Source: Candidatus Saccharimonadales bacterium (lineage in GTDB: Bacteria; Patescibacteriota; Saccharimonadia; Saccharimonadales; UBA10212). From it: 64,000 bases of DNA. The notes under the pieces are model-generated. The model worked only from the letters and a program-made list of their open reading frames with translations, ran no database searches and was not told the DNA's origin. Within the stretch, counting starts at the first letter, position 1; the number at the start of each line of letters is the position of its first letter. Where the stretch lies: the NCBI GenBank assembly GCA_035480715.1, contig DATIHL010000015.1, forward strand, positions 8,384 to 72,383, written 5' to 3'. A program made the position numbers and the translations under genes. Shown one piece after another: positions 28,205-35,845 of this stretch.

Positions 28205-29473
28205 ATGCCTAACCCACAACTTCCACTCAATAAAGAGGCGCCTCAGATACTCCACATCGACCTGAATAGCTGCTTTGCAACCGTAGAGCAGCAGGCCAGG
28301 CCACTGCTTAGAGGCAAGCCACTGGCAGTTACTAATCGTAAAACACCCAATGCCTGCGTAGTGGCAGCCAGCTATGAGGCTAAATCGCGCGGCGTCAAAG
28401 TTGGTATGGGCTACCGCGACGCCAAAATGCTGGTACCGGATCTTATAATGGTCGAAACCGACCCGCCTAAGTATCACCATGTCTACCAAATTTTGGTCAA
28501 TATCATGCGATCATACTCACCAAATGTCAGCATGAAGAGTATCGATGAGGGGATTATCGATTTTGCCGGTACCCGAGAGGTTATCAATAAACGCCCCTTA
28601 ACGGTTATCGGCTACGAGATAAAGAAGCGTCTTAAAGAGGAAGTTGGCAACTGGATGACATGCAACGTCGGTATAGCACCCAACCGTTTTTTGGCTAAAC
28701 AGGCCGCATCGCTAAATAAACCAGATGGTTTAGATGTAATTACTCATAAAAACCTGCGCCGGATACTATCAGATATGGAACTAACCGATCTATTCGGTAT
28801 TGCCGAGCGCAACCAGGCGCGCTTGAATGCCTGCGGCATCTTCACGCCATTGCAGTTTTTAGATGCCCCGGCCGATCTGCTCAAAAGACATGTCTTTAAA
28901 AGTGTTTGCGGCGAAGATTGGTATCAACGACTGCGCGGTTATGAAGTAGATAATCATGAATGGGCTACCAAAACTATTGGGCGACAATATGTGCTGGACG
29001 ATATGAAACCAAGCGACGAGCTTGTGCGCTCGCGCCTGAGCTACCTGTGTGAGACTACCGGCATAAAACTGCGCTACAAGCGCCTGTGTGCACGGGGGAT
29101 TTTTGTCTATGTCAGATATGACAGCGGTGACTACTGGTACGAGCGCAAGATGTTCAAAAGCAGCTTTTTTACCAACGCCGAGATACACCGGCGAGCCACA
29201 CTGCTTTTTAACCGCCGCCCGCGCTATGCCTACCCGCGTGAAATTGGTATCAGCTGCTATATGTTGTCACCATCAAACATGAGCCAAGTAAGCCTGCTAG
29301 AGGAAGTTAATAAAGAGATCTGGTTAACAGAGGCAGTCGATCGTATCAATGAGGATTTTGGTGAATTTACCGTAACTTTTGCCAGCAGTCTTACCGCCAA
29401 AGGCGTCGTTAAGCAAAAGATACCATTCGGCTCAACCCGCTACTTTGAGTTGCTCTGTAATCGCGCCGATTGA
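28205..29473 (+). CDS. dinB: Y-family DNA polymerase (DinB/ImpB type)
   Basis: ILHIDLNSCFATVEQQARPLLRGKPLAVTN, ASYEAKSRGVKVGM and SIDEGIIDF retain the catalytic Asp/Glu positions. GAGG lies 8 nt upstream of the ATG. Confidence 0.85.
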   Translation: MPNPQLPLNKEAPQILHIDLNSCFATVEQQARPLLRGKPLAVTNRKTPNACVVAASYEAKSRGVKVGMGYRDAKMLVPDLIMVETDPPKYHHVYQILVNIMRSYSPNVSMKSIDEGIIDFAGTREVINKRPLTVIGYEIKKRLKEEVGNWMTCNVGIAPNRFLAKQAASLNKPDGLDVITHKNLRRILSDMELTDLFGIAERNQARLNACGIFTPLQFLDAPADLLKRHVFKSVCGEDWYQRLRGYEVDNHEWATKTIGRQYVLDDMKPSDELVRSRLSYLCETTGIKLRYKRLCARGIFVYVRYDSGDYWYERKMFKSSFFTNAEIHRRATLLFNRRPRYAYPREIGISCYMLSPSNMSQVSLLEEVNKEIWLTEAVDRINEDFGEFTVTFASSLTAKGVVKQKIPFGSTRYFELLCNRAD

Positions 29474-29568
29474 ATTTTCATCTAAAACAGATAATATAGG
29501 AGTGAAGCATAAGTAGTAATTATTAGAAGATTTCAGGTGGGTAAAATCAAAAAAGATAACCTAAACCA

Positions 29569-30795
29569 GTGGATGGCATCATAGCTATGCTGGGATTTGG
29601 TCCTAAGAAGAGTAAGGCACTTCCCAAGCAGCAGGAGCTAAGCACTGAGTTCTTACTGAGCGCCATTGTCGACGGCGTGGTACTGGTTGGCGAAGATAAC
29701 ACTATCCATATGTTCAGCCCAGCAGCCAGCGCTATTACCGGCTGGCCAGTAAGTGAAGCCGTTGGCCTGGACTATAGAAGCGTTCTAAAGCTAAACGACG
29801 AACACGGCCAGCCATATGTTGCCGAGCGCGATCCATTTGCCCAGGCACTTAGGTCTCACTCAACAATAAAAGACGCCAAAGGCTTGCTGAGCACCAGGGG
29901 AGGTAAACAAGTACCGGTTTCTCTGATTGTTTCACCAGTAATTGTCGATGTACACAGTATGACCACTGGAGTGCTAGGAGTGTTTCGAGATATTACAGCC
30001 GAGCGTTTGGAAGATGATCGCCGTTCAGACTTTGTTAGTACTGCCAGCCACGAGCTACGTACTCCTATAGCGGCGATCGAGGGTTATCTAGCGCTAGCCC
30101 TCAACCCTAAAGCCGCTGTCATTGATGAGCGCGCAAGAAACTATCTTCAAAAGGCCCATAATTCCACTCGGCATTTGAGCCAACTTTTCGTTGATTTACT
30201 AGCCAGCTCCCAGGCAGAGGATGGCCGACTAAGTAGCTATCCCTCAGTGGTTGAACTAGGAGAAATCCTGGAGCAAATTGTTGATACTGCCCGCTTTAAT
30301 GCTCAAAACAAAGGCCTAGAGCTGCGCTATGTTTTAAATGCAGCTAAGGGTTTTGGTAGCGAGAAGGTGATACGCCCCTTATTTTACGTATACGTAGATC
30401 CCAATCGAATTCGCGAGGTATTCCAGAATCTGGTAGATAATTCCATTAAGTACACCAGCGAGGGTAGTGTCACGATCGCGTTGACCGGTGATAACTCCAT
30501 AGCGCAGGTACATATTACGGACACCGGGATTGGCATTGCCGAAGAAGACATTCCGCACCTCTTCCAAAAATTTTATCGTGTGGATAACTCTATGACGCGC
30601 ACAGTAGGCGGTACAGGGCTGGGATTGTTCATTAGCCGTAAGGTGATCGAGCTTTACAGCGGCCGTATCTGGGTGGAGAGTGTAGTAGGTAAAGGAAGTA
30701 CTTTCTTTATTAATCTGCCACGCTTGAGTCCAGAACAGGCTTTGCAGTCAAAGAAAAGCGAAGCTTCGACAATTCGCCCTTTGGGGAATAGTTAA
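29569..30795 (+). CDS. Soluble PAS-domain sensor histidine kinase
   Basis: No TM segment. PAS-like N-terminus, the H-box STASHELRTPIAAIEGY, and N/G boxes (NLVDNSIKYT, DTGIGI, GGTGLGL). The start is possibly at 29587. Confidence 0.85.
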   Translation: MDGIIAMLGFGPKKSKALPKQQELSTEFLLSAIVDGVVLVGEDNTIHMFSPAASAITGWPVSEAVGLDYRSVLKLNDEHGQPYVAERDPFAQALRSHSTIKDAKGLLSTRGGKQVPVSLIVSPVIVDVHSMTTGVLGVFRDITAERLEDDRRSDFVSTASHELRTPIAAIEGYLALALNPKAAVIDERARNYLQKAHNSTRHLSQLFVDLLASSQAEDGRLSSYPSVVELGEILEQIVDTARFNAQNKGLELRYVLNAAKGFGSEKVIRPLFYVYVDPNRIREVFQNLVDNSIKYTSEGSVTIALTGDNSIAQVHITDTGIGIAEEDIPHLFQKFYRVDNSMTRTVGGTGLGLFISRKVIELYSGRIWVESVVGKGSTFFINLPRLSPEQALQSKKSEASTIRPLGNS

Positions 30796-30838
30796 AGACT
30801 TTGGTACAATGAACTCAGCATAAGCTTTATGGGGAAAT

Positions 30839-31612
30839 ATGGCTAAAAAAGTTTTACTAGTCGAAGATGACAACGCCCTCCGCGAGATATTCGAAATGCG
30901 CTTGCAGGCCGAAGGCTATGAGACATTGAGCGCCAATGACGGCGAAGAAGCACTGGTCATCGCCACCAAAGAAAAGCCAGAACTAATTATCGCTGATGTG
31001 ATGATGCCAAAACTGTCTGGTTTTGAGATGCTAGAAACACTTAAGGCCGCGCCTGAAATGGGCCATGTTAAGGTAATTATGATGACCGCTCTCGGCCAAG
31101 CCGAAGACCGTACTCGCGGTGAAAAACTGGGCGTGGTAAAATATTTAGTGAAATCTCAAGTCACCTTGGAAGATTTCGTTCGCGTAGTCCGCGAAGTTTT
31201 GCCGCCCGATGGGCAGGCTCAAACCTCCTCGGACGATGCGGACGCAAAACAAGGAAATACGTCAACTAATAATCAAGAAAGTGAGCAAACTATGCAAGAC
31301 GACCAAAATCCATCAACAATGCCGCCAGCAGATAACTCTGCGGCCGGCGCAGATCCCATGGCTACCCCAAGTGGAGCTAGCGATCCGGCAGCCAGCGATC
31401 CAATGACCACCGAGGAAGAGAAGGTGGTTGTTAATAATCAAGTAAATGATTTTGCAGCTAGCGCGCCAGCAGAGCCGGCAATGCCAGCTGATCCTGCGCC
31501 TGCAGGTGACAGTGGAGCTCCAGCAGTCGAGCCTCCAATGCCCGAAGGGCCGGAGACTCCACCAGCAGAGCCTCCTAAGCCTGATGAAGGAACGCCTCCA
31601 GCAGGACTATAA
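30839..31612 (+). CDS. Response regulator receiver domain with a Pro/Ala/Asp-rich C-terminal tail and no recognisable output domain
   Basis: KVLLVEDD...IIADVMMPKLSG...MMTA...K form a REC domain (about 120 aa). It is followed by about 130 aa of low-complexity sequence (PPADNSAAGADPMATPSGASDPAASDP...PPAEPPKPDEGTPP). Confidence 0.8.
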   Translation: MAKKVLLVEDDNALREIFEMRLQAEGYETLSANDGEEALVIATKEKPELIIADVMMPKLSGFEMLETLKAAPEMGHVKVIMMTALGQAEDRTRGEKLGVVKYLVKSQVTLEDFVRVVREVLPPDGQAQTSSDDADAKQGNTSTNNQESEQTMQDDQNPSTMPPADNSAAGADPMATPSGASDPAASDPMTTEEEKVVVNNQVNDFAASAPAEPAMPADPAPAGDSGAPAVEPPMPEGPETPPAEPPKPDEGTPPAGL

Positions 31613-31634
31613 AGGGGATAGCACTTTAAAAAAA

Positions 31635-31662
31635 CGCGCTTCCGTTTGAGAGGCGCGTTTTT
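31635..31662 (+). terminator. Intrinsic terminator after the response regulator gene
   Basis: Stem CGCGCTTC (31635-31642) / GAGGCGCG (31650-31657), a 7-nt loop, then TTTTT (31658-31662). An upstream A-run makes it potentially bidirectional. Confidence 0.65.
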
Positions 31663-31689
31663 AGTTAAATCAGATATAATACCTCTGTT

Positions 31690-33000
31690 GTGAGTAAATC
31701 AGTACCGATAGTGGCCTTAGTTGGCCGTGCCAACGTGGGAAAATCCAGCCTTTTTAACGCGCTAATTGGGCGTCGTGAGGCTATTGTCGCTAAAGAAGCC
31801 GGTACAACTCGAGATAGAGTAACCGCTAAAGCCAGCTATGGCGGAAAGGATTTCTGGCTAGTAGATACAGCCGGCATGAAGATCGCCGAAGATGATTTTG
31901 AGCTTAGTATTCAAGATCAAATCACGCAGGCAGCCGATAGCGCTGATCAAATAATAGTAGTTGTGGAGGCCGACGTACCAGTAACAGAGGAGGATAGGCG
32001 TGTCGCCACGATGGCCTTAAAAAGTCGCAAATCCGTTACCTTAGTAGTTAATAAAATAGATAAAAACCAAAAAGCTGACCTGGCACAGTGGCAGACACTA
32101 GGAATAAAGACCATTCTGGCCACCAGCACTACCCAAAAGCTCGGTATCGAGGGGGTATTGGAGCTTACTGCTGACAATTTACCGCACAGTAGAATACGCG
32201 AGCAGGAAAACCGCATCCATTTAGCAATACTCGGGCGACCAAATGTTGGCAAATCTTCGTTGTTTAACACTTTAGCAGCCAAGCAACAGGCCTTGGTCGC
32301 AGAGCAGGCAGGTACCACGCGGGATGTGAATCGTTTGGTGGTTCGTTATCATGATCGAGAGGTTGAACTGGCTGATACCGCTGGGATTCGCCGTAGCGGT
32401 AAGATTGAACGCGGGGTAGAGAAATTTAGCGTGCTCAGATCTTTAGCGGCTATCGAGCAATCAGATATCTGTCTTCTTGTGATGGATGCAACCGAGTTAA
32501 ATACTCAACTTGATCAGAAAATCGCCGGTTTAATTAAAGAAGCTGGCAAAGGCTTGATAGTAGTAGTCAATAAGTGGGATGAGGTTGAAGACAGCTTAAA
32601 AAGAGATACGGCCGCAGCTCAAGTAGTACGCGAATTTGCATTTATACCATGGACGCCGCTGATTTTTACTAGTGCAGTTACGGGACAAAATGTTACCAAA
32701 ATATACGACCTGGTCGTAGAAATAGCCGAAGCCAGATTGCAAAAGTTTAAAACTACCGAACTCAATAAATGGTTGCGGCGAGCCGTTGATTCTCATGAAC
32801 CGCCGCCGCTACGGGGTCGTATGCCGAAACTGAATTACATGGTCCAAGAAGATGACCAGGATTTTCCTAATTTCAAGATATTTGGCGCACATACTAAGTT
32901 CTTGCACTGGAGCTATAAGCGCTATCTCGAGCGCAAATTCCGCGAGCAATGGCCATTGATTGGGACGCCGTTGAAGTTTTGGTTTATTGAGAAAAACTAA
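31690..33000 (+). CDS. der: Ribosome-biogenesis GTPase Der (EngA)
   Basis: GTG start. Two tandem GTPase domains (GRANVGKSSLFN...DTAG; GRPNVGKSSLFN...DTAG...NKWD) plus a KH-like C-terminus. Confidence 0.9.
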   Translation: MSKSVPIVALVGRANVGKSSLFNALIGRREAIVAKEAGTTRDRVTAKASYGGKDFWLVDTAGMKIAEDDFELSIQDQITQAADSADQIIVVVEADVPVTEEDRRVATMALKSRKSVTLVVNKIDKNQKADLAQWQTLGIKTILATSTTQKLGIEGVLELTADNLPHSRIREQENRIHLAILGRPNVGKSSLFNTLAAKQQALVAEQAGTTRDVNRLVVRYHDREVELADTAGIRRSGKIERGVEKFSVLRSLAAIEQSDICLLVMDATELNTQLDQKIAGLIKEAGKGLIVVVNKWDEVEDSLKRDTAAAQVVREFAFIPWTPLIFTSAVTGQNVTKIYDLVVEIAEARLQKFKTTELNKWLRRAVDSHEPPPLRGRMPKLNYMVQEDDQDFPNFKIFGAHTKFLHWSYKRYLERKFREQWPLIGTPLKFWFIEKN

Positions 33001-33314
33001 GTCTTTGGATTCGCATCGGGCACATATTCCACAGCTATTTCATGAATCACCGATCTTATTTCAGGAGCAAAAATCGCCATGCCAGATGTAATTAGGCTAT
33101 AGCTTTCGGCCTCGATTCGAGCAATTCTTACAACTGTACCGCTTCGATCTTCTTGGCTTGCTTTCCGCAATCCCGCTCCCGCAATGCTTTCAGCATATAG
33201 TTGTTTATGGCTAGGATAGCCGTTATAACGATTTAATGTAGTACCGAGATCATAGGCAGAAATTGGTGCATCATCTGGTATTCCTTGGTGCAAAGTAATA
33301 ATGTGTTCCTTCAC
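32997..33314 (-). CDS. Hypothetical protein
   Basis: 105-aa ORF convergent with der, overlapping it by 4 nt. No recognisable motif. Confidence 0.4.
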   Translation of the reverse strand: MKEHIITLHQGIPDDAPISAYDLGTTLNRYNGYPSHKQLYAESIAGAGLRKASQEDRSGTVVRIARIEAESYSLITSGMAIFAPEIRSVIHEIAVEYVPDANPKT

Positions 33315-33371
33315 TTATTAATAATATGCAGCCACTTTGCCAATTAAACAAGTTAAATTATAGTTATCCCC

Positions 33372-34007
33372 ATGGCTCTGTTTCAGAAAAAACCTCAAGT
33401 CCAGTCGAGTGCGCCCCTCTACACTTTAGGCGCTAACAAAACACTACTAGTTATTGGTTTAGGTAATCCGGGCAAAGAATATGTCGGCAGCCGGCATAAT
33501 GTTGGTTTTGAGATGATTGATAACTTTGCTAAACAAAATGATTTCCCGGATTGGACACAGAAAAAAGACCTAAAATGCCTCATCACGGTGGCAACTCTGG
33601 GCGAGAATAGGGTAGTGCTATGCAAACCTACAACCTTCATGAATCAGAGCGGTGAGGCCGCACAGGCACTGCAGCATTTTTACCGTGTGTACAACCAGCA
33701 AACACTAGTTATTTATGACGAGCTGGCAATCCCGTTTGGGCAACTTAGAACAAGGGTAGGAGGCACTGACGCCGGCCACAATGGCGTAAAATCGCTCCTG
33801 CAGCATATCGGCGAGGATTTTGGGCGCTTACGCATTGGTATTGGTAGCGATTTGGCGCAAAAATCCGACGCCGCCGAATTTGTATTAAAAAAATTTAGCA
33901 AAGTAGAGCAGGGACACCTGCCGCAAATTCTACGCGAAGCCAACGCCTTGATTACTGAATATATTTTTGGTGAGGGCTTGCCGCACCAAACCCGCACTGT
34001 TTTATGA
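33372..34007 (+). CDS. pth: Peptidyl-tRNA hydrolase
   Basis: LLVIGLGNPGKEYVGSRHNVGF...MNQSGEA...DAGHNG. Confidence 0.9.
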   Translation: MALFQKKPQVQSSAPLYTLGANKTLLVIGLGNPGKEYVGSRHNVGFEMIDNFAKQNDFPDWTQKKDLKCLITVATLGENRVVLCKPTTFMNQSGEAAQALQHFYRVYNQQTLVIYDELAIPFGQLRTRVGGTDAGHNGVKSLLQHIGEDFGRLRIGIGSDLAQKSDAAEFVLKKFSKVEQGHLPQILREANALITEYIFGEGLPHQTRTVL

Positions 34008-34286
34008 ACTAAAACCTATAGGATAAGGTTTTTCGTTTGGTTCTAGTAAGGCATGGATTGCCGCTAATTGACCGACGTGATGCTGAGCGGCTTGAACTCT
34101 TTCAGAATCAATGTTGGGTCGTTTACGATTTGGACGCGCTAATCGGTCTTCGTGATCATAAATTAGATCCAGAAGTGTTCGCGAGGCTTCTGTTAATTCC
34201 ATGCCCGAGTGCATAGCTCCAATAGTGACTTCTAGGGCTCCGTCTATAGCAGGAGATGGGATATCCGAGATTTTACGTTTACTCAT
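34002..34286 (-). CDS. Hypothetical protein
   Basis: 94-aa ORF convergent with pth. No recognisable motif. Confidence 0.4.
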   Translation of the reverse strand: MSKRKISDIPSPAIDGALEVTIGAMHSGMELTEASRTLLDLIYDHEDRLARPNRKRPNIDSERVQAAQHHVGQLAAIHALLEPNEKPYPIGFSS

Positions 34287-34338
34287 CTTTTATATGATAA
34301 CATTTTTAATTAATTTAGTCAACTTCCTAACTCCTGGT

Positions 34339-34711
34339 CCTTGCATGTGGATGCAGTACAAGGAAACAACGAGGAGCGAGCAAGTCGTATTTAAATACGG
34401 TGAGCGAGCCCCACAGACAGGTGACGCGGTAATGCGCCACAAGACCGCCGGCATGCCTAGCTTTGCTGGGGAGCAGGGCGGGCGGTGCAAGGGCCAGAAC
34501 CTAAAGAGCTCCAGAGGGGGTGGGCACCGCTGGAGCTCATTACACCCTTCAACCCACCATCCGCGAAGCATCGAAGATCTGCAAACGCAAGATTCATTCG
34601 AGCCATCCTGATTACTCAAGATTGTCCGCGTGAGCGGACCCGCCTACCCACATAGGGAGTGTAGTTAAAGGGGTTAGTTTGTCCAAGACGTGCCGCTCCA
34701 TCATTGTTTCC
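34339..34711 (+). ncRNA. Candidate structured RNA of unknown class: possibly a highly divergent RNase P RNA, or an unclassified RNA or MITE-like element. Strand is uncertain.
   Basis: A G+C-rich, non-coding-looking segment is closed by 14 bp of long-range pairing, 34362-34378 with 34694-34711. Internal hairpins lie at 34506-34538 and at 34624-34639 (with a GUGA tetraloop). Plus-strand strings resemble RNase P S-domain conserved regions, but I found no GGAAAGUCC P4 core. Confidence 0.4.
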
Positions 34712-34930
34712 TAGCTTAAGCAATTGCCATCGCACGAAGTGCCAAATATACTAAGCAACAAGGAAGGAGCGGCTCGTAGTAAGTGGAGGGTACAACTTAC
34801 TAGCTTCTTGGACAATCTAACAAAATGTTAGAAATTGGGGGTATAAGGTGCAGTAAGCATAAAATAATGCTTACGGATTGCAATTTTAGCAAAAAAGTGT
34901 CGTGATGTCAATACTTAAAAATAATAATGC

Positions 34931-35794
34931 ATGAAAGTCAATACTCTTAAGCTTACTCCATCAAATTATCCTGATGTTCTCCGGCAAATATCTAGCCCAC
35001 CGAAGCAGCTATACTGGAGAGGAGTACCTTTAGAAGAAGTAATTTTAAAGCCAAGAGTCGCAATAGTCGGCAGCCGAAAAGCTACTCCATATGGTCGAAC
35101 AATTACAGAGGATTTGGCGACTAGGCTGGCGCGTGCTGGCGTAGTAATTATTAGCGGTCTGGCTTTCGGCATTGATTCTTATGCCCATAAGGCGACCTTA
35201 GCTGCTGGCGGCTGCACTATAGCTGTGCTACCATCACCAATTCAGAAAGTCGCACCAGCCACACATCATCATCTGGCCGAGCAAATAGTTAAGAATGGCG
35301 GCGCACTGACAAGTGAATACTCTGAGCATGAAGATGTTCATGTTGTTAATTTCATTGCGCGTAACCGTATTGTCAGTGGCCTGGCAGATGTTTTATTAAT
35401 AACAGAGGCTGCTAAAAATAGCGGCAGTTTACATACTGCGCGATTTGCGCTCGAGCAGGGTAAAACCGTGATGGCAGTACCCGGCAATATCAACAGTCCA
35501 ACCTCCGAAGGCTGTAACAATCTAATAAAAAGCGGGGCCGTGCCAGTGACCGGTATAGAAGATGTATTCTTTGCCTTAGGTATGGACCTACAACCTAAAC
35601 AAGCCATCAAAGTATTTAAAGGCACCAGCGAGCAGCAACTTATCTATAAACTTATTACACAGGGCATCAAAGACCAAGAAGAGCTGGCTCAAAGCAGTCA
35701 AATGGCCGTCCCACAGATTAGCAGTACGCTGACTACTCTGGAGCTACAAGGCTACATCCGCCCTATAGGCGCCGGCAGCTGGACAATAGCCTGA
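34931..35794 (+). CDS. dprA: DNA-processing protein DprA (Smf)
   Basis: VAIVGSRKATPYGRTITEDLATRLARAGVVIISGLAFGIDSYAHKATL and a C-terminal winged-helix-like region. Confidence 0.88.
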   Translation: MKVNTLKLTPSNYPDVLRQISSPPKQLYWRGVPLEEVILKPRVAIVGSRKATPYGRTITEDLATRLARAGVVIISGLAFGIDSYAHKATLAAGGCTIAVLPSPIQKVAPATHHHLAEQIVKNGGALTSEYSEHEDVHVVNFIARNRIVSGLADVLLITEAAKNSGSLHTARFALEQGKTVMAVPGNINSPTSEGCNNLIKSGAVPVTGIEDVFFALGMDLQPKQAIKVFKGTSEQQLIYKLITQGIKDQEELAQSSQMAVPQISSTLTTLELQGYIRPIGAGSWTIA

Positions 35795-35845
35795 AGTAAA
35801 GATAAGCCTTGACGGGCTCAGTGTACTTGATATGCTGGCAAGCAT

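Noticed and set aside
27349-29560. A genomic island integrated at tRNA-Glu, which would need an att repeat and an integrase.
   Set aside because: I found no direct repeat of the tRNA 3' end downstream, and no integrase, recombinase or transposase gene. Only the unusual leader and the polymerase operon are reported.
34201-34619. Track ORFs of 136 aa (plus strand) and 109 aa (minus strand) covering the dprA-upstream gap.
   Set aside because: They overlap each other on opposite strands. They are rich in Cys, Trp, Pro and Arg, lack an RBS, and coincide with the G+C-rich hairpin-dense segment. They are better explained as open frames arising by chance in a structured non-coding element.
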